Assembly (NCBI RefSeq): GCF_000181795.1
Contig: NW_003526947.1
Span: 810,846 to 874,845 of the forward strand
Source: Trichinella spiralis
Lineage: Eukaryota
Direction: 5' to 3'
Length of the DNA: 64,000 nt
The notes below the pieces were generated by a model, which worked only from the letters and a program-made list of their open reading frames with translations, was not told the origin of the DNA and did no database searches. Shown here in pieces: positions 1-13,508 of the stretch (position 1 is the first letter of the stretch; every line of letters starts with the position of its first letter). A program made the translations under genes and the position numbers.

Positions 1-1905
1 ACTTTCCGCAAATGAACCCTAAACTCAACTCGACAAGGCATGGGACGTGAAAAATGTTCAAATGCGGAAAGCCACTCAAATTAATAATAATAATACTCAT
101 GATCTACATCCAATTACTCTAATTAACAAACATCTGGATTAAATGCTCGATAACTTACAGTTCGAATTTATATAAATTACAGACTCAAGAACTCCTCAGT
201 GAACTTTAACTAATTAATCTAACTCAAAGAATTATACTTACCGAACTTACCCTCGTCCTCTTGGACGTCCACTTTCATCTTCTATTCTTCTGTATCTAAA
301 TGTAGAAGAATTAATTTAATGAAATAATGTTATAATAAATAAAAAAACAAAGCCGTTTTTATTGCTCTTTTTCGTCCATCATCGCATTGAAAACGCCATG
401 GTTTATTCGCCGCACATCGTTCGCCTACAATCATTTGAAATGAGTTTATGGAGCAACTAATAGTAGCCACAAGAAAATTTACATAAAGTTCATTTCTATT
501 GATTAACAAGTATGAAATGTATTTCATTTCGTTGAACAAATATTATGCATGCCGCGCATAAGCTCAAAAGCAAACAAATTAAAATGCAAATTCAAATTGA
601 AACTGCACCACGCCTTTGTTCGAAAAGATAAGATTCTTCTATATCTTATAACACACCTTACTCAGTAGTTAAAGCACAAATAGTTTGAGCAAATATCGTT
701 CAAGGCTTCTGCTAGTCAACAAAGTCAATTTAACTGGTGCTCTGCTAATATGAAGTTAATTTTCAAATGGCCCAATTTGCATAAAAGACAGACACTGCGC
801 ACGTAGCGGTAAACGCTGGCTTATGTAAGTTGAATATGCTACTCAAATATGAATTAGAACATAATGTCAACAAAAAATAAACAATGATTAAGCGCACTGG
901 TTGCGCTCTATGACAAGCAAAATTAAATAGACGATAATTTTGATTTATCTAATGTCTTCATTTTGCAAAATTTAGAAAACAATATAAAGTGACAATAAAA
1001 TTAAATTGAAAACAATTTCTGTATGAAAATGGTATTTTTCTGTCTTGCATGATAAATATCACTATACACTTAGTGATATTCGACCTGCTAAGGAAAGAAT
1101 AAAATTGAATACTATAGGCAGGTGTAAATTGAAACTTTTAACGTCCTCTTTAGTTAAATCTAGACGATTACGCAAAATAACAAATTGAAATAAGGATTTG
1201 TTCAGGACCTTCAACGTTCAACTATATGTAATTAAGAATTCTGCTTTAAAGGTATATCAAGTTTTACGCATCTTTAAATTGAAAATTGCCTAAATACGTA
1301 AATATGCATGCATTCATACGAAAACATCAGGAAAGTAAGTTTCAGCATTAAATTTTCACCTGAATGTAGCATTTTGCACTTGAACCTTGGTTACGCATCG
1401 CCACCGCTTATCGAACAGCGTTGTAATAAAGTAATAACTATGAATACAACATTTGCATTTCTCTTATTTGTTTATTACTTAGTAACCTTCTTATCATTAA
1501 TTTGGCAATTTAAATATTGCATATTACTGTATTTCCAATTATGAATTATCTTTTCGTGATTTTTTTGGAAATATACTATAACTTCATATTAAAAGATGCT
1601 TTTACTTGTCCTCATTTTATCGGCTTCATTAAGCTGTGTAACAACTTTTTCTGATTTCTTGCCGTTTCAACGACTGGATTTTCATTTTTAATCCGTAACC
1701 ACAAAAACTGTTGATTTCAAGGCAGAAATGTATATAGCAGTGCTTACAAATTTGAAAATTTCCATTAAATCTATTTGAAAACAAAACAAAATACAGTAAA
1801 TTTTATTTTCAAGAATTTTTGACATTAAAACAAAGAACAACATTTCTATTGAAATTATTTATAGAAAGCGAATATTAAAAACAGTGCTGCTGATCGAATC
1901 AGCTT

Positions 1906-2136
1906 TCATGACGACTGCTCAAGCATTTGTTGAATAATTTCACTGTCCAACGGCGCCGTCTGTCCCGGTGGTGGTAGCAAGTCAAGGAATTTATTCACGT
2001 TTTGCTTTGTCTGCTGGATCTTCTTTTTTCTTTCCTTCTTCCCCAACTTTACTGCTCTGTAAATCATATACCCAAATGCGACCAACACGCACAAAGCGGA
2101 AAGCACGAAAAGCGCGAAAGTACCTTCTTTCCACAT
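1906..2136 (-). CDS. Small single-pass membrane protein (76 aa), unknown function
   Basis: ATG-started ORF with a hydrophobic segment (FALFVLSALCVLVAFGYMIY) followed directly by a basic stop-transfer cluster (RAVKLGKKERKKK) and a Pro-rich tail. No family recognised. Confidence 0.45.
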   Translation of the reverse strand: MWKEGTFALFVLSALCVLVAFGYMIYRAVKLGKKERKKKIQQTKQNVNKFLDLLPPPGQTAPLDSEIIQQMLEQSS

Positions 2137-2268
2137 CGCAATTTAATGCAACTATCAAGCTCGAACTTTGATAAGAACTAAAGAACGCGGCATACAAGAC
2201 GTAACTCATGCTTTAAAGTGTTTAAACAATTTGGCATTCAAACTTGTTTAAATGACAGCACTGACTTC

Positions 2269-3768
2269 TTTAAAGTAACCTCATAATGTTAAATTATTTA
2301 GAGCAGAAGTTATTTTTAATTCAAATTTGATAATTGCAAAATTGAAACTGAACACTTAATTGTGTATGGGAAATAGTTTCTAATTGTTATTCAAATATTT
2401 TACAGAATTAATTTTCTCAATTTCCTCATCAATACATACTTCTTCAACTGTTATATTTGCATAAACTTGCCATGAAACCATTCAAATAACAGTACTTTTT
2501 TCTTTTTCTTCTTTTCTTACAATTTTCTTCTATGCTTCATACATCTAATGCATGGATAAATCAATCATTTATCGTAAAATTGACCTTTATTACATTACTC
2601 TTTGCAAATACAGCAAGTCCTGTTTATTCAAATAACAAGTACAGTACAGTACTTGAACTAGACAATCAAATTTTTGTAATTTAACTTTTAAAGCGGGTGG
2701 GAAAGAAAAAAGAAATTAAAATTGTGTTGTTCTTTGCCATTGATAGCGAGCAATGCTGACCACTTTCTTGCTTATTGTAATCTTGCCAAAATTGAACTTA
2801 TCTTTCAGTTTCAACAGTAATTTATATTTTATTCACCACAGCTATCGACTGAAATTGTATCATAATTTTTTATTCAACTCCTACATTAATCATTCAGTAG
2901 CTGTCTTGTTTTTACTTTTATATCTGTAATGCTCAGTTGAAGCGCAATTATATAGCAAATATATAGCTTTAACGCCTTTATAAAAGGTGGAATTTATCTT
3001 CCACTTGGCACAATCAAATGTCTTTTTATTTGTCTTTACTTTATTATCTAATTCTGCTGCACATCTTCGAGATTGCAGCCTTGTATTTTGGTTGCAATAC
3101 TCAGCTGACCATTGGGGTTAGAACTGAATGCCTTCTAGGCGTGCTGATTTTGTTATTTTCAGCCGCTTTCAGGCTAATTCAGTAGGCAACATAGGTTTTA
3201 GTGTATTTGTACACTACGCGTTCTGACCCCTTCTAGGCGTGCTGATTTTGCTATATCGGCCGGCAGTAGATGGAGAACAATCAACCATTCCACCTGCCAG
3301 TAGGAATGGAATAAAAATGCCTTATAACATTTTTCATCATCCGCATTTATGGCTATTTTTATTGAAAAAATTAATTTTCAAATGACACTCACTTGTTTAA
3401 AGTGACACTCATAGTGTTAAATTAATTAGAGTAGAAGTTATTTTTCAAATTCAAATTTGATAATTGCAAAATTGAAATTGAACACTTAATTGAGTATGGC
3501 AAATAGTTTCTAATTGTTATTCAAATATTTTGCAGAGTTCATTTTCTCAATTTCCTCATCCATACATACTTCTTCAACTGCTCTATTTGCATAAACTTGC
3601 CATAAAAGCATTCAAATTACTGTACTTTTTCTTATTCTTCTTTTCTTACAATTTTCTTCTATGCTTCATATATCTAATGCATACATAAATCCATCATTTA
3701 TCGTAAAATTAATTTTTACTACTTTACTCTTTTCAAATACAACAAGTCCTGTTTAACAAATAACAAGT
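2269..3768. repeat. Local direct duplication of ~370 bp (copies 2269-2640 and 3396-3768)
   Basis: Both copies run from tttaaagt...aattcaaatttgataattgcaaaattgaaa... to ...caagtcctgttta...aataacaagt, with scattered substitutions and small indels. Confidence 0.95.
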
Positions 3769-6700
3769 GAATAGACATGTAAATGCGCACGCCACACACT
3801 CATATATATTCAGACAAATATGTATGCAATTAATTCTGAATTTCAAAATGATTGAAATACAAGTAAAGCAATGTCTTCTACTTACGTGTTGTCTTTCTTC
3901 TTCTGTCAGACTTATGTATGTATTTCCAACACTTCCTTCTCTGGAAAAATAATTAGGAATTAAAAATTTTTTTAAAATCGCATGAATTTTAATATTATTA
4001 GCATGCACTGTTATTTGGCTTCAATTATTTTTTATAACATGGGTATTGCGTATTTGTTTATGTGATAATATTCATGCAAATGACATAACAGATAACTGCA
4101 TAATTACTGTATCACTCACTTGCGTTCAACATGCAAATGAATTTAAGCATGTACGAAATGGTGTATGGTTGCTTTATGCAGGTTCCAGTAATGGTTATAT
4201 TGATGTGGTACTTGTGTGTCTGCAGCATCTATAAAAAACACAAGTAATATAGGGATAGAAATATATTAATGTTAGTAATAATAGCGGAAAAACCCAATTT
4301 ATTAGTTATATTGAGTAAATCAAGCATAGAATATCTGCACACTATCGAATATCATTTACCTGTTAATCATAGACGGTATGTAAGAGTGTGATTACATTTG
4401 CACACCTCCTCTTACGTCAAAATGACTGACCACAATATTCTGCAATATTGTATGATAGTAAGTGAATTTCAGTTATGGGAAAACAACCTAGTTCTTCATG
4501 AGTAAGAGCGTAATAGCATAAATTAAGTGCTCGTTTATTAATTTGTTTGCTGAAATGAAAGCTCTTTTGCTTAAAGTCATGTAAGGTGATGAACAATGCA
4601 AATAATATTAAAATTAATTTCAACAAGTATCTAGCATATTAGAATCTTCAATTAGTTGTGAAAAAAATTGAAATTGCTATTCTTGATACTGCACGCCATG
4701 CAAAATATTTCACATTACCATCAAATATTTAGGCGAGAAATAACTATATAAGAAAAGAGGCAGAAATAGTTAAGTAATAAACAATGCAATTATATTACAT
4801 ACTTTCTCTTAAGAATCTCTAAAAGAAATTCTATTTTTCATTCTCATTACTAGAAATTATCAATTTCGCTCTGACATCTAAGCATAGAATAAATGTCGGT
4901 AGCAGAAAATAGAAATCTGCTAGCTTTCAGCTGGCCCATTGTTGAAGTCGTACAATCATAAAATATGAAGCATAAGCTATTTTTGAATCATAGATGATTT
5001 AAGCGAGTAAAATTGAAAACACTGCTTCACTGATGGCCATATCACACTACTATAATGAATTGCTAACCACAAAGAGCACTTTCTGAAGAGTTGTACAAGA
5101 GTAAGTGTACAATATAAATAGCATATCACATTGACTGTGGTGTAGTTACAGCGTAATAGCCTAATAGAAATGGATAACATGAGACAAGAAAGATTTGAAT
5201 TATTCTTGACCGTTTCTCATATGCACATCATTTAGTGTAAGACTGTTCTCACGGCATTGATGAAACTTCAGTTTCTGCAATGCAATTCACATCAATGTCA
5301 CTGCGATCAATTCTGAAGCAACAAGTTTAAAAACAGTTGGAATTGTACAAAAAATAAGGAAGCCTGCATTTCCAAAAGACAGAAAATATTGCACAAAAGT
5401 ATCCTGTTTCAGAGAATACTATGCTTTAATGTGGAAAATGTTTAACTTACATAACATCCTCCATCATAGTTAAATTTCAAAAAATATCAAAACCTATAAA
5501 TGTGCCAACGCTATAGGCCATTTATTCTGAAACTACTGGGTAATCATTGCTTAAATATTGCACGGTACGATAAGATAAAATAAATTTAATGAAGTGAAAA
5601 AGTTGAAGTTTGACAATACAGAAGAAACATCAGTTATGGTTAAAATCAGAGAAAGAACTCCGCAAATTGCAGAACCATTACTACAACAGTGAAGAAGTCT
5701 CAGTAACTCACCATAAGAAAGAAGCTAAGCAGAGGAGGTCAATGAAACTGCACATGAAAAATTGGTACCGGTATTTTGGATAAACTGTTGGACAAAATGT
5801 GGGATAATGGATTGTGCTGTGGCAGGGTTCACCAATTATTCAGTAACTTTCTCATAGATTGCATAGTACATTCATCTTTCACTATATTTTTTGCTCACCA
5901 TTTGTGAATCATATATGAACAGAACGGAAGCCAAGGAATGAAAGATCATTTACTTTGAAATTGAAGATGGTATTGAGAAGAAGAGCTTTGCGCGCTTCTT
6001 GACTGCTGCTCTACACACTGAAAAACTGAATAATCATGAGGATTGCATTCTTCAACTTTATTCAGGGTCAAGTGGAAAAAATTTGAATATGACATTGCCC
6101 TAGCTGAAATCACTGCACGATTAGTCCTAGTAGCGTAATGGCATCATCACAATCGGAACTTTAACTAATTATAAAAATTATTGGGATTTTATTCAATTCT
6201 GATGTAATATAATAAAATGTAAATCAATATATTTTCGACTGTTGATTTGAAAAGTTGTTGTTCTTCATAAATTGAAATGAAAGAAAAGGGATATAACGTA
6301 AAAGGAAGAAAATTAGATAACTCAAACAAAAAAATATTGTATCACGCAACGCATTTTGAATGGATACTTTACTCAAATGTCAAAAATGTCACGTATACTG
6401 AAAATCATGCATCCTGGTTCCGTTTCGAGGAAGATGCAGATGGGCAACTTTCTTATGAATAAAGATAGGCAAGGCGCCAAGTTTACTGCCCATTTATTCC
6501 AAAACTAATGGTCAGTTGCTAAATAAACAATTAATAGCACTATCATTTATCAATGTGAACATCATCTGAACAACAGAAAGAAAGTTTTCAACCTTTCGCT
6601 GTAAAACAGCAAACGCTGTAGTAGCCAAAGACATTTACGAAAAGGTCGATAAAACGATTTCCTTTCAAAATGATATGAAATGATCGGAAAAATTAGAAAA

Positions 6701-9700
6701 CAACAAGGAACTTCGTCCAACTATTCTTGTAGCGTATTCGTCATATATGCCTTTACAGTTGTAATAGAATAAATTATTCGAAGAAATGGAACATTAGTAA
6801 TGGAATATTAATGTGAAGGAAAACAAGAGAAATAAAATATGCAGAATAAATAAATATGCAAAGAAAGCGATATTGTGAATTGTTATTTCAAAACTTCTAA
6901 ATGCATGAGCAAAAAAAATCATCTCATCCAAATAAAATTTGTTACTGACTTTTGTATATCGCTTACAGCATCCTTAAAACGCAAAATTTTTCAAACGTAT
7001 TCTCTATGATTAATTGCGCATTTGAAATCAGAATTCGTCACAATCAAGAGATGGAAATGCAAATTTTATGCAATGTTGCATTTATTCCTTTCATAAATGT
7101 TAAACTAGGAGACAAGTAGTTTTATCAAATTTCTCGAAAATAAATCATCGATTCCATATAATTCAAAATTTACGAACATTTATTCCAGGCACTACTGCTT
7201 TCATTTATAATTTGATTAATTGCTCTTCTCAAATGCGAATTGGCTATAATGAACAGATAGGAATGCAATTTTGATGCAAAATTCCATTTGTTCCTTCTAT
7301 AAATACCTAATTTGAAAACCATTCCTTTACGGAGAAACTCTCCAAGACACTATCTTTTATTAATATAAAACTTTAATCATCAAAAAAGTCAAAATTTTGG
7401 AAACAAATGTTTCGCCGATTTTCGCAAAAACAGCCATGTCTATAGCTCATGAAACTTTGAAATTTTCAAAAAAATATTTTTTCCAAAAATTAAGTGAATT
7501 GATTTATATCGGTAGACAATTATTCGATAAGTATTATAAACGATTCCGGACCATCCGTGATTGTGTATATCTTGAGATATACCAAAGGACCTGAAAATTA
7601 ATATAGGACTTTAACGAAGTCGAAATAAAAAAGAATAAAAAATGAAAGTTAAAAAATGTGCATATGGAAAAGTGTCATTAATTGTTACAAAAAAACTATC
7701 CATGTTATCACCTGAAAAAAAGGAATGTACTTTAATAAAAATTGTTCCTGATTTTCATTTAAGCAACAGTAACTTTCAAAAACAAAAACCTTTGTTTACT
7801 GAAATTTTTTGACTTAATACAATTCAGAGATAAGAATTATCCAAAAATTATCACATTAGAAACCTATTTCGTCCAATATGGCAGTCTTTTTATTCTATAA
7901 ATTTCAAATGCTCAAACCGGAAACTTTATCAAATATCTAAAAAAATCAAATTCCCAACAATGCAGCTATAACTTATGCGTCAATACTTGATTTAGCGCGG
8001 CATGGTTCGAAACTGCATGTTTCATGTAAAAAAAATATTATATCCTGTAAAGAAATGTTCATTTTCATTATCACTCATAGCAAACACATGGCAATTTGAA
8101 TTCCGTTATTTGGGCAACGACTGTATTCTGTCATTCAAAGGGAGCAACAGATACAGCATTTAGCGGTGGAAATAAATTCCAAATGCTGTAAAAAAATAAA
8201 TGTATAAACAATTTATACCAAAGAAATCCTCCCGAGACTAGTGTTTTTATGAATGTTTGGAGATATCCATTCAGAAGTTCAGTTGAACAAACGACTTGTA
8301 TTCAAGAAAATGGCTAAAAACTTTTATAATTTCGTCGTAATTGCAAACAATTTTGTACAACTTGAACAAACATTAATTTTCAATAATACGCAATCGTGGC
8401 TTTGCTGAGAAATCTGCGAATACGACTAGTTAAGAGGGTTAGCATTTATTGTAAAAATGTACATGAACATAAATAACATATAAAAGTGACATTGTAGCGA
8501 TATTAATTCTATGGATAATAATAAAAAACATAACATTTGAAAATATTTTGGAAAGGTAAACAGCACATTCAGAACATATGAATAATTTAACAGTTTGACA
8601 CAGAATACAAAGGTAACATAAATGATTGCAAATGAAAACTCTTTTAATGTGAAATCAATTTATCGAAACAATTCTCAGAACTATCCTGTCTATTAGGGAT
8701 GTTGCTCTCATTTCTCACATCTTCCCTATTGCATACTTTTGACGGATTTCAACGTGTTTACCTATTGGAATGTATTATGTCATGAATCGCCTTGGATTTT
8801 AGCATCTGATTAATAAGGATAGAAATAAAAAAACAAAAACTAGAAATATTTGCAAAATAACATCAAAATTAAAAATTTAGTAATACAAAATTAAATTTCA
8901 GCACACTGTGTTTCATATGATCAGAATTTTACAGATGCATGCTAGTTCTCTGCATTTAATTATGATCACATTTATCAAAAACAAACAAATGTATTTTCCA
9001 ATGAAGCACTAATTGGAAATGCTTTGTTTATTAAATTATTTTGATGGTAGATTTCATGCATTTAATTTTTGTCAATATCACCTCTATCAGAATTTCAATG
9101 CTGATATTTAACAGTTCAAAAACGTGCTTTTAATTTAATGACTTTATTTAAAAAATTAAAAAATTTAATACGCAAATTTTTATAATGCATACCTTTGGAA
9201 TGCAAACAAAAAGGGAATGTGACATTAGTGAATATTAGTATCAAGTTTCACTCCAGAATCCATCAAAGGGTTAAAAGCGGACTTCAGTAGTAGTTTCGTA
9301 TTGCGATAATAAACTGAGAGACCGGATATTGTTAGTCACTTTAGTCAAACAAGCAAGCACATTGCTACTGGTAACAAAACGCTTCTGGAAAATTGAATTT
9401 GCATATTCGCAAAAGTAATGTTATTCGCCCTAATTTACCTGCATTAACACTCAACTGTTTTTCTTGGCTCATCTCGACAGTATTACTAAAAATATTAAAA
9501 ATTATCAGTAATGTAAAATATCAAAACATATCAAATAAATCTCATTCATAATAAACTACCCTAATTACTGAACATCAAAAGCAACTGCCAACAAACTGCC
9601 CTCTAAAAAATTGTTCAAATTAAAGACTTTCAAAACATATCAGGTGGATAACTGAATATTGTTCATTAATTGAAAAGGAGCATAAGTTTTTGTTGCCTTC

Positions 9701-11229
9701 ACGCAATACATAATTAACTCAGATAACTTTATCTGACGGCACTGTTAAATTCATTTGTAGTCAATGTCATCAAGTTAACAAAAAATGCTGATTTACATAT
9801 ACGTCAGATGAATAACCTTTACGTAGAGTATCTTGACAATGAATATCTGGACAAACTGAAATTTTAATTGCTGCTAATCGTACACATTGAAACATTTTGC
9901 ACATATCTCATTTATAATGGAATACTTTGACTATTATGCATCTATAAAATTTTCCTAATAAAGCGCTTGTCATCTTAGACGTGAAATTTCAAAAATTACA
10001 AAACACTCTACATTACTTAGTCATGATACTAAATTACAGACTCAATGTCTGTTTGATTGTTTACTTCTCGTCGACTTCCATGCAGTGTTTGTTGGTCGCA
10101 GTTTTGAACGTGTTTTGACACTGAAGAGCTCCATCAATGTTTGTTATGTATTGTAATTTTGTATAAATATCAAGTTTGTAAAACAGTTTATTTTATTTAA
10201 CTGATGATGCCGCATAAATTGCTATGGTGTTGCCGTTGACGCGGCTGCTGATTTCCAATTTCATCTGAAACAAAATTATCATATTGTGCTAGACATTGAA
10301 CCGTGGGTTAAATTATGTTTAATCGTATCTTAGTGTACATTACTGTTGGCGCTTGGGATATTGCTGCCTCAGGTTAGAAGTCAACAATTATTGAACAAAT
10401 ACATGCGAGGAATTGTGGAAAGCAACACGCTGGCAACACTTTTTCAATTATACTTGAATCTGTTCGTTTCAAAAAATTTACAACCTTAATATTTTCAATT
10501 TCAAAAAAATAATTATCAGACGACGTGAAATATTCAGCAACAATGTATTTTGCATGCATGCGGGTAAAATAAAAAACAGTTATATTATAGATGATGAAAT
10601 GAAGTGCTAATATCAATAGAATATTCAATAAAAGGAAGTTGATTCTCTGGCTACTTTCCTAATAATAAATGAATGTAATATTTTCAATAAATTACTTGCA
10701 TCAGTGCATTTAAAGTGACACGTCAGCATTGGTACGTTTAAGCGACACACAGTGTTACAGCATGTTGTCGATAACAAAGCCACTTTCTGTAGGGATGATC
10801 AGTTTCCTATTCTGAGTAGCAGTTATTCTCTTAAGAAGTTGTTGCTGACTTCGCTGGTTTCTACTCCTCTAGGAATAGACTATTCGAAGCTCTATATGCA
10901 AATCACCTCCATCGCAATCTGTTCTATACGACAATCAGACATTATTTGAGTGAAAATTTATTAAACAAACATTACTTCATGCAAATGACAAGATACAGGG
11001 ACGCAGAAAACTATCACACAATCACAAATGACATAAAACAAAACAAAACCATATGACAATCTTATGTTCTATTATCATCGTTGCTATATCACCCGGAAAC
11101 TGCAGAAAGTAGTCCTTTTTGATGTGCAGGTACAGCTTATCTCACATCTCAAAGAATTTCGAACACTTCGCTGCCATTGGCGAAGTCCATCAAAAATTAG
11201 ACTTTCATTCAGATACAATTCTTACAATG

Positions 11230-12216
11230 TGCATGTAACAGAAATAAAAATAAGCCGAAATACCAACTTCTCGGCGGCTCATCTGTGCGATGGTGAATGT
11301 CGAATGCATGGTATTTCTCTACTGTGGTTTCTACTTCGTTTCCTGGTTCTTTATTCGATTTCTTCTCTGTTTCCGCAAGATGCCGATGCTGTTTGTCACA
11401 CGGCCTGGCTTCAACCTTTAGACTGCTTCAGCCGCTCATACTATCTTCCTTCTTCACTGTTTAAGCAACTCATCGGTCTTGAGCAACTTCCATTAAGGAT
11501 TTCTTTTCTAATTTGATTTGATTTTGCCTTTCATCCAAGGCGAATGCGATGCTCAGCTACATTCGTGGAAATGACATGAAAACAAGTGAAACATGCGCCA
11601 CAACAAAAGAAAAACAGTCGTCACTATACAACCATTTTCCATTTCCTCACGACATAAACCCGTTACTGCTTCACCGGTAATCAATCACGTCATCCCTTCT
11701 TCATTTGAAACTAATACGTTGTCGATTGGAGTTTCTTCATATTTATAACGGTTGATCTTTGTTGCTGTGACAAATCCACTCTACTGCGCTTCTCCACCAA
11801 TCGAAGACACGAATGGATTAACCTGCAACATATCTTCACTTGCTGTTTTCGCCGGAACCCATCCACTTGTGCATACAATTAGTGCAATTCACGGGATGAA
11901 AATGATCAGTAGTCTACAAAAATTAAAATCCTCTCACAAACACACGGGCACAAACTCACAAGAATGGCGCAACACAACCACCGCACTGAACACAACGTCA
12001 AACGAGAACTGCGCTCACCTGCATGCCACTGCTACTTTTATACTAGCGTGATGGTGCGTCGCTCCGCATTTATTCGAAAATTTGCTGACGTAGTCTCTTT
12101 TAGCTCATGCCGGCCATTATTTGCAAACGAAACTCGTCTAACGATCGTTCGATATCATTCAAATGCTTTACATTGGGTTACTTTAGTTGATTAGTTATTA
12201 GCTATATATTGTAACA
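11230..12216 (-). mobile_element. Possible degenerate LTR retrotransposon 5' end
   Basis: Minus strand starts TGTTAC (12216), has TATAAAA (12036-12042), then TGGTGGAGAAGCGC (~11786-11799) resembling a tRNA-Ala primer-binding site, then GC-richer stop-riddled sequence. No gag/pol motif or second LTR identified; boundaries approximate. Confidence 0.3.
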
Positions 12217-12469
12217 GTTCAGTCGGGGATTACTTCTAATTGTCAATTGGCTGCAATATTATTCGTATCAGTTCTCAAAGCAATCCCATTCCAATTTTAA
12301 ATAGTTTTTATCACATTTTTAAATAATTCCAACATTACCAATTGGAGAAAGTGCTGCAGAAAGTGCAGAACACCATGAACCAGGCAGAAAGCGACATTCC
12401 ATATTTTTAGAATACAGAACTCCACCTAAACCTATAATGTGTGCGTGTGTGTGTAAACGTGTATCACCT

Positions 12470-13508
12470 TCTCTGTCTAACTCACTCTCTCCTTCTATGA
12501 GTTACACTCTTTGTCCAAATCACTGTCCCTGATAAACTTCCTCACCCGGTCTAACTCACTCTCCCTATCTCATTCTCTCTGTCTAACTCTCTCTCACTAT
12601 CTAACTCACTTCCTCTCTCAAACTCTCTCTCTCCACCTCTGTCTAACTCACTCTCCTTGTCCAAGTTCCTCTCTCTGCCTAACCTACCCTCATTGTCTAA
12701 GTAAAGCCCTCTCCCTGATTAACTCACTCCCTCTGTCTAACTCTCCCTTCCGCTATGTCTAACTCACTCTCCATCTCCAAGTTACTCTCTCTGCCTAACT
12801 CATCCTCTCCATCCAACTAACTCTCTCTCCCTGTCTAACTCACGCCCTCTGTCCATCTCTCGCTCTATCTATCTCATTCTCCCTGTCTAACTCACAATCT
12901 CTGCCTAACCCTCTCTCCACGTCTAACTCACTCTCTCTCCATCTAACTCACATTTCCTGTCTATCTCACATTCTGTCCAACTCTCTCTTTGCCTAACTCG
13001 CTCTCTCTATAACTCACTCTCCCTGCTTAACTCGCTCTCTCTCTATCACTCTCTGTCCAAGTCACTCTCTGTGTCTAACTTACTCTTTCTGTCTAACTCA
13101 ATCTCTCTATCTCCCTCTATCTAACTCTCTTTGTCTAACTCGCTCTCTCTCTCTCTAACTCACTCTCTGTCTAACCCTCTCTATCTAACTCACTCTCTGT
13201 CTAATCCTCTCTAACTCACTCACTGTCTAACTCTCTCTATCTAACTCACTCTCTAACTCTCTCTGTCTAACTCACTCTCTGTCTAACTCTCTCTAACTCA
13301 CTCTCTATCTCTCTCTATCTAACTAACTCTCTGTCTAACTCTCTCTATCTAACTCAATCTCTAACTCTCTCTGTCTAACTCAGTCTCTGTCTAACCCTCT
13401 CTGTCTAACTCACTCTCCATCTAACTCACTCTCTGTCTAACTCTCTATCTAACTCACTCTCTGTCTAACTCCCGCTATCTAACTCACCCTGTCTAACTAA
13501 CTCTCTCT
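12470..13508 (+). repeat. Pyrimidine-rich minisatellite, unit ~TCTAACTCACTCTCTG with variable TC number
   Basis: Dozens of tandem variants of ctaactcactctctgt visible directly; more degenerate on the left, more homogeneous on the right. Confidence 0.97.

Noticed and set aside
245..830. Exon-like pieces on the minus strand (e.g. YRRIEDESGRPRGRG|gtaagt)
   Set aside because: Could not be joined into a stop-free model. May be a degenerate gene or extend outside the window.
5600..6105. Coding-like purine-rich stretch (…FEIEDGIEKKSFARFLTAALHTEK…)
   Set aside because: Multiple stops and no family recognised; cannot be supported as a gene or named pseudogene.
7995..8025. B-box-like GGTTCGAAAC suggesting a tRNA
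   Set aside because: No A box at proper spacing and no cloverleaf could be built.
10060..10628. Signal-peptide-like ORF and exon-like pieces on the minus strand
   Set aside because: No consistent spliced frame or recognisable motif.
12470..13508. Repeat array as CRISPR or telomere
   Set aside because: No unique spacers and no cas genes; units are not TTAGGC or TTAGGG. The ORF at 12511-12762 is only repeat translation.
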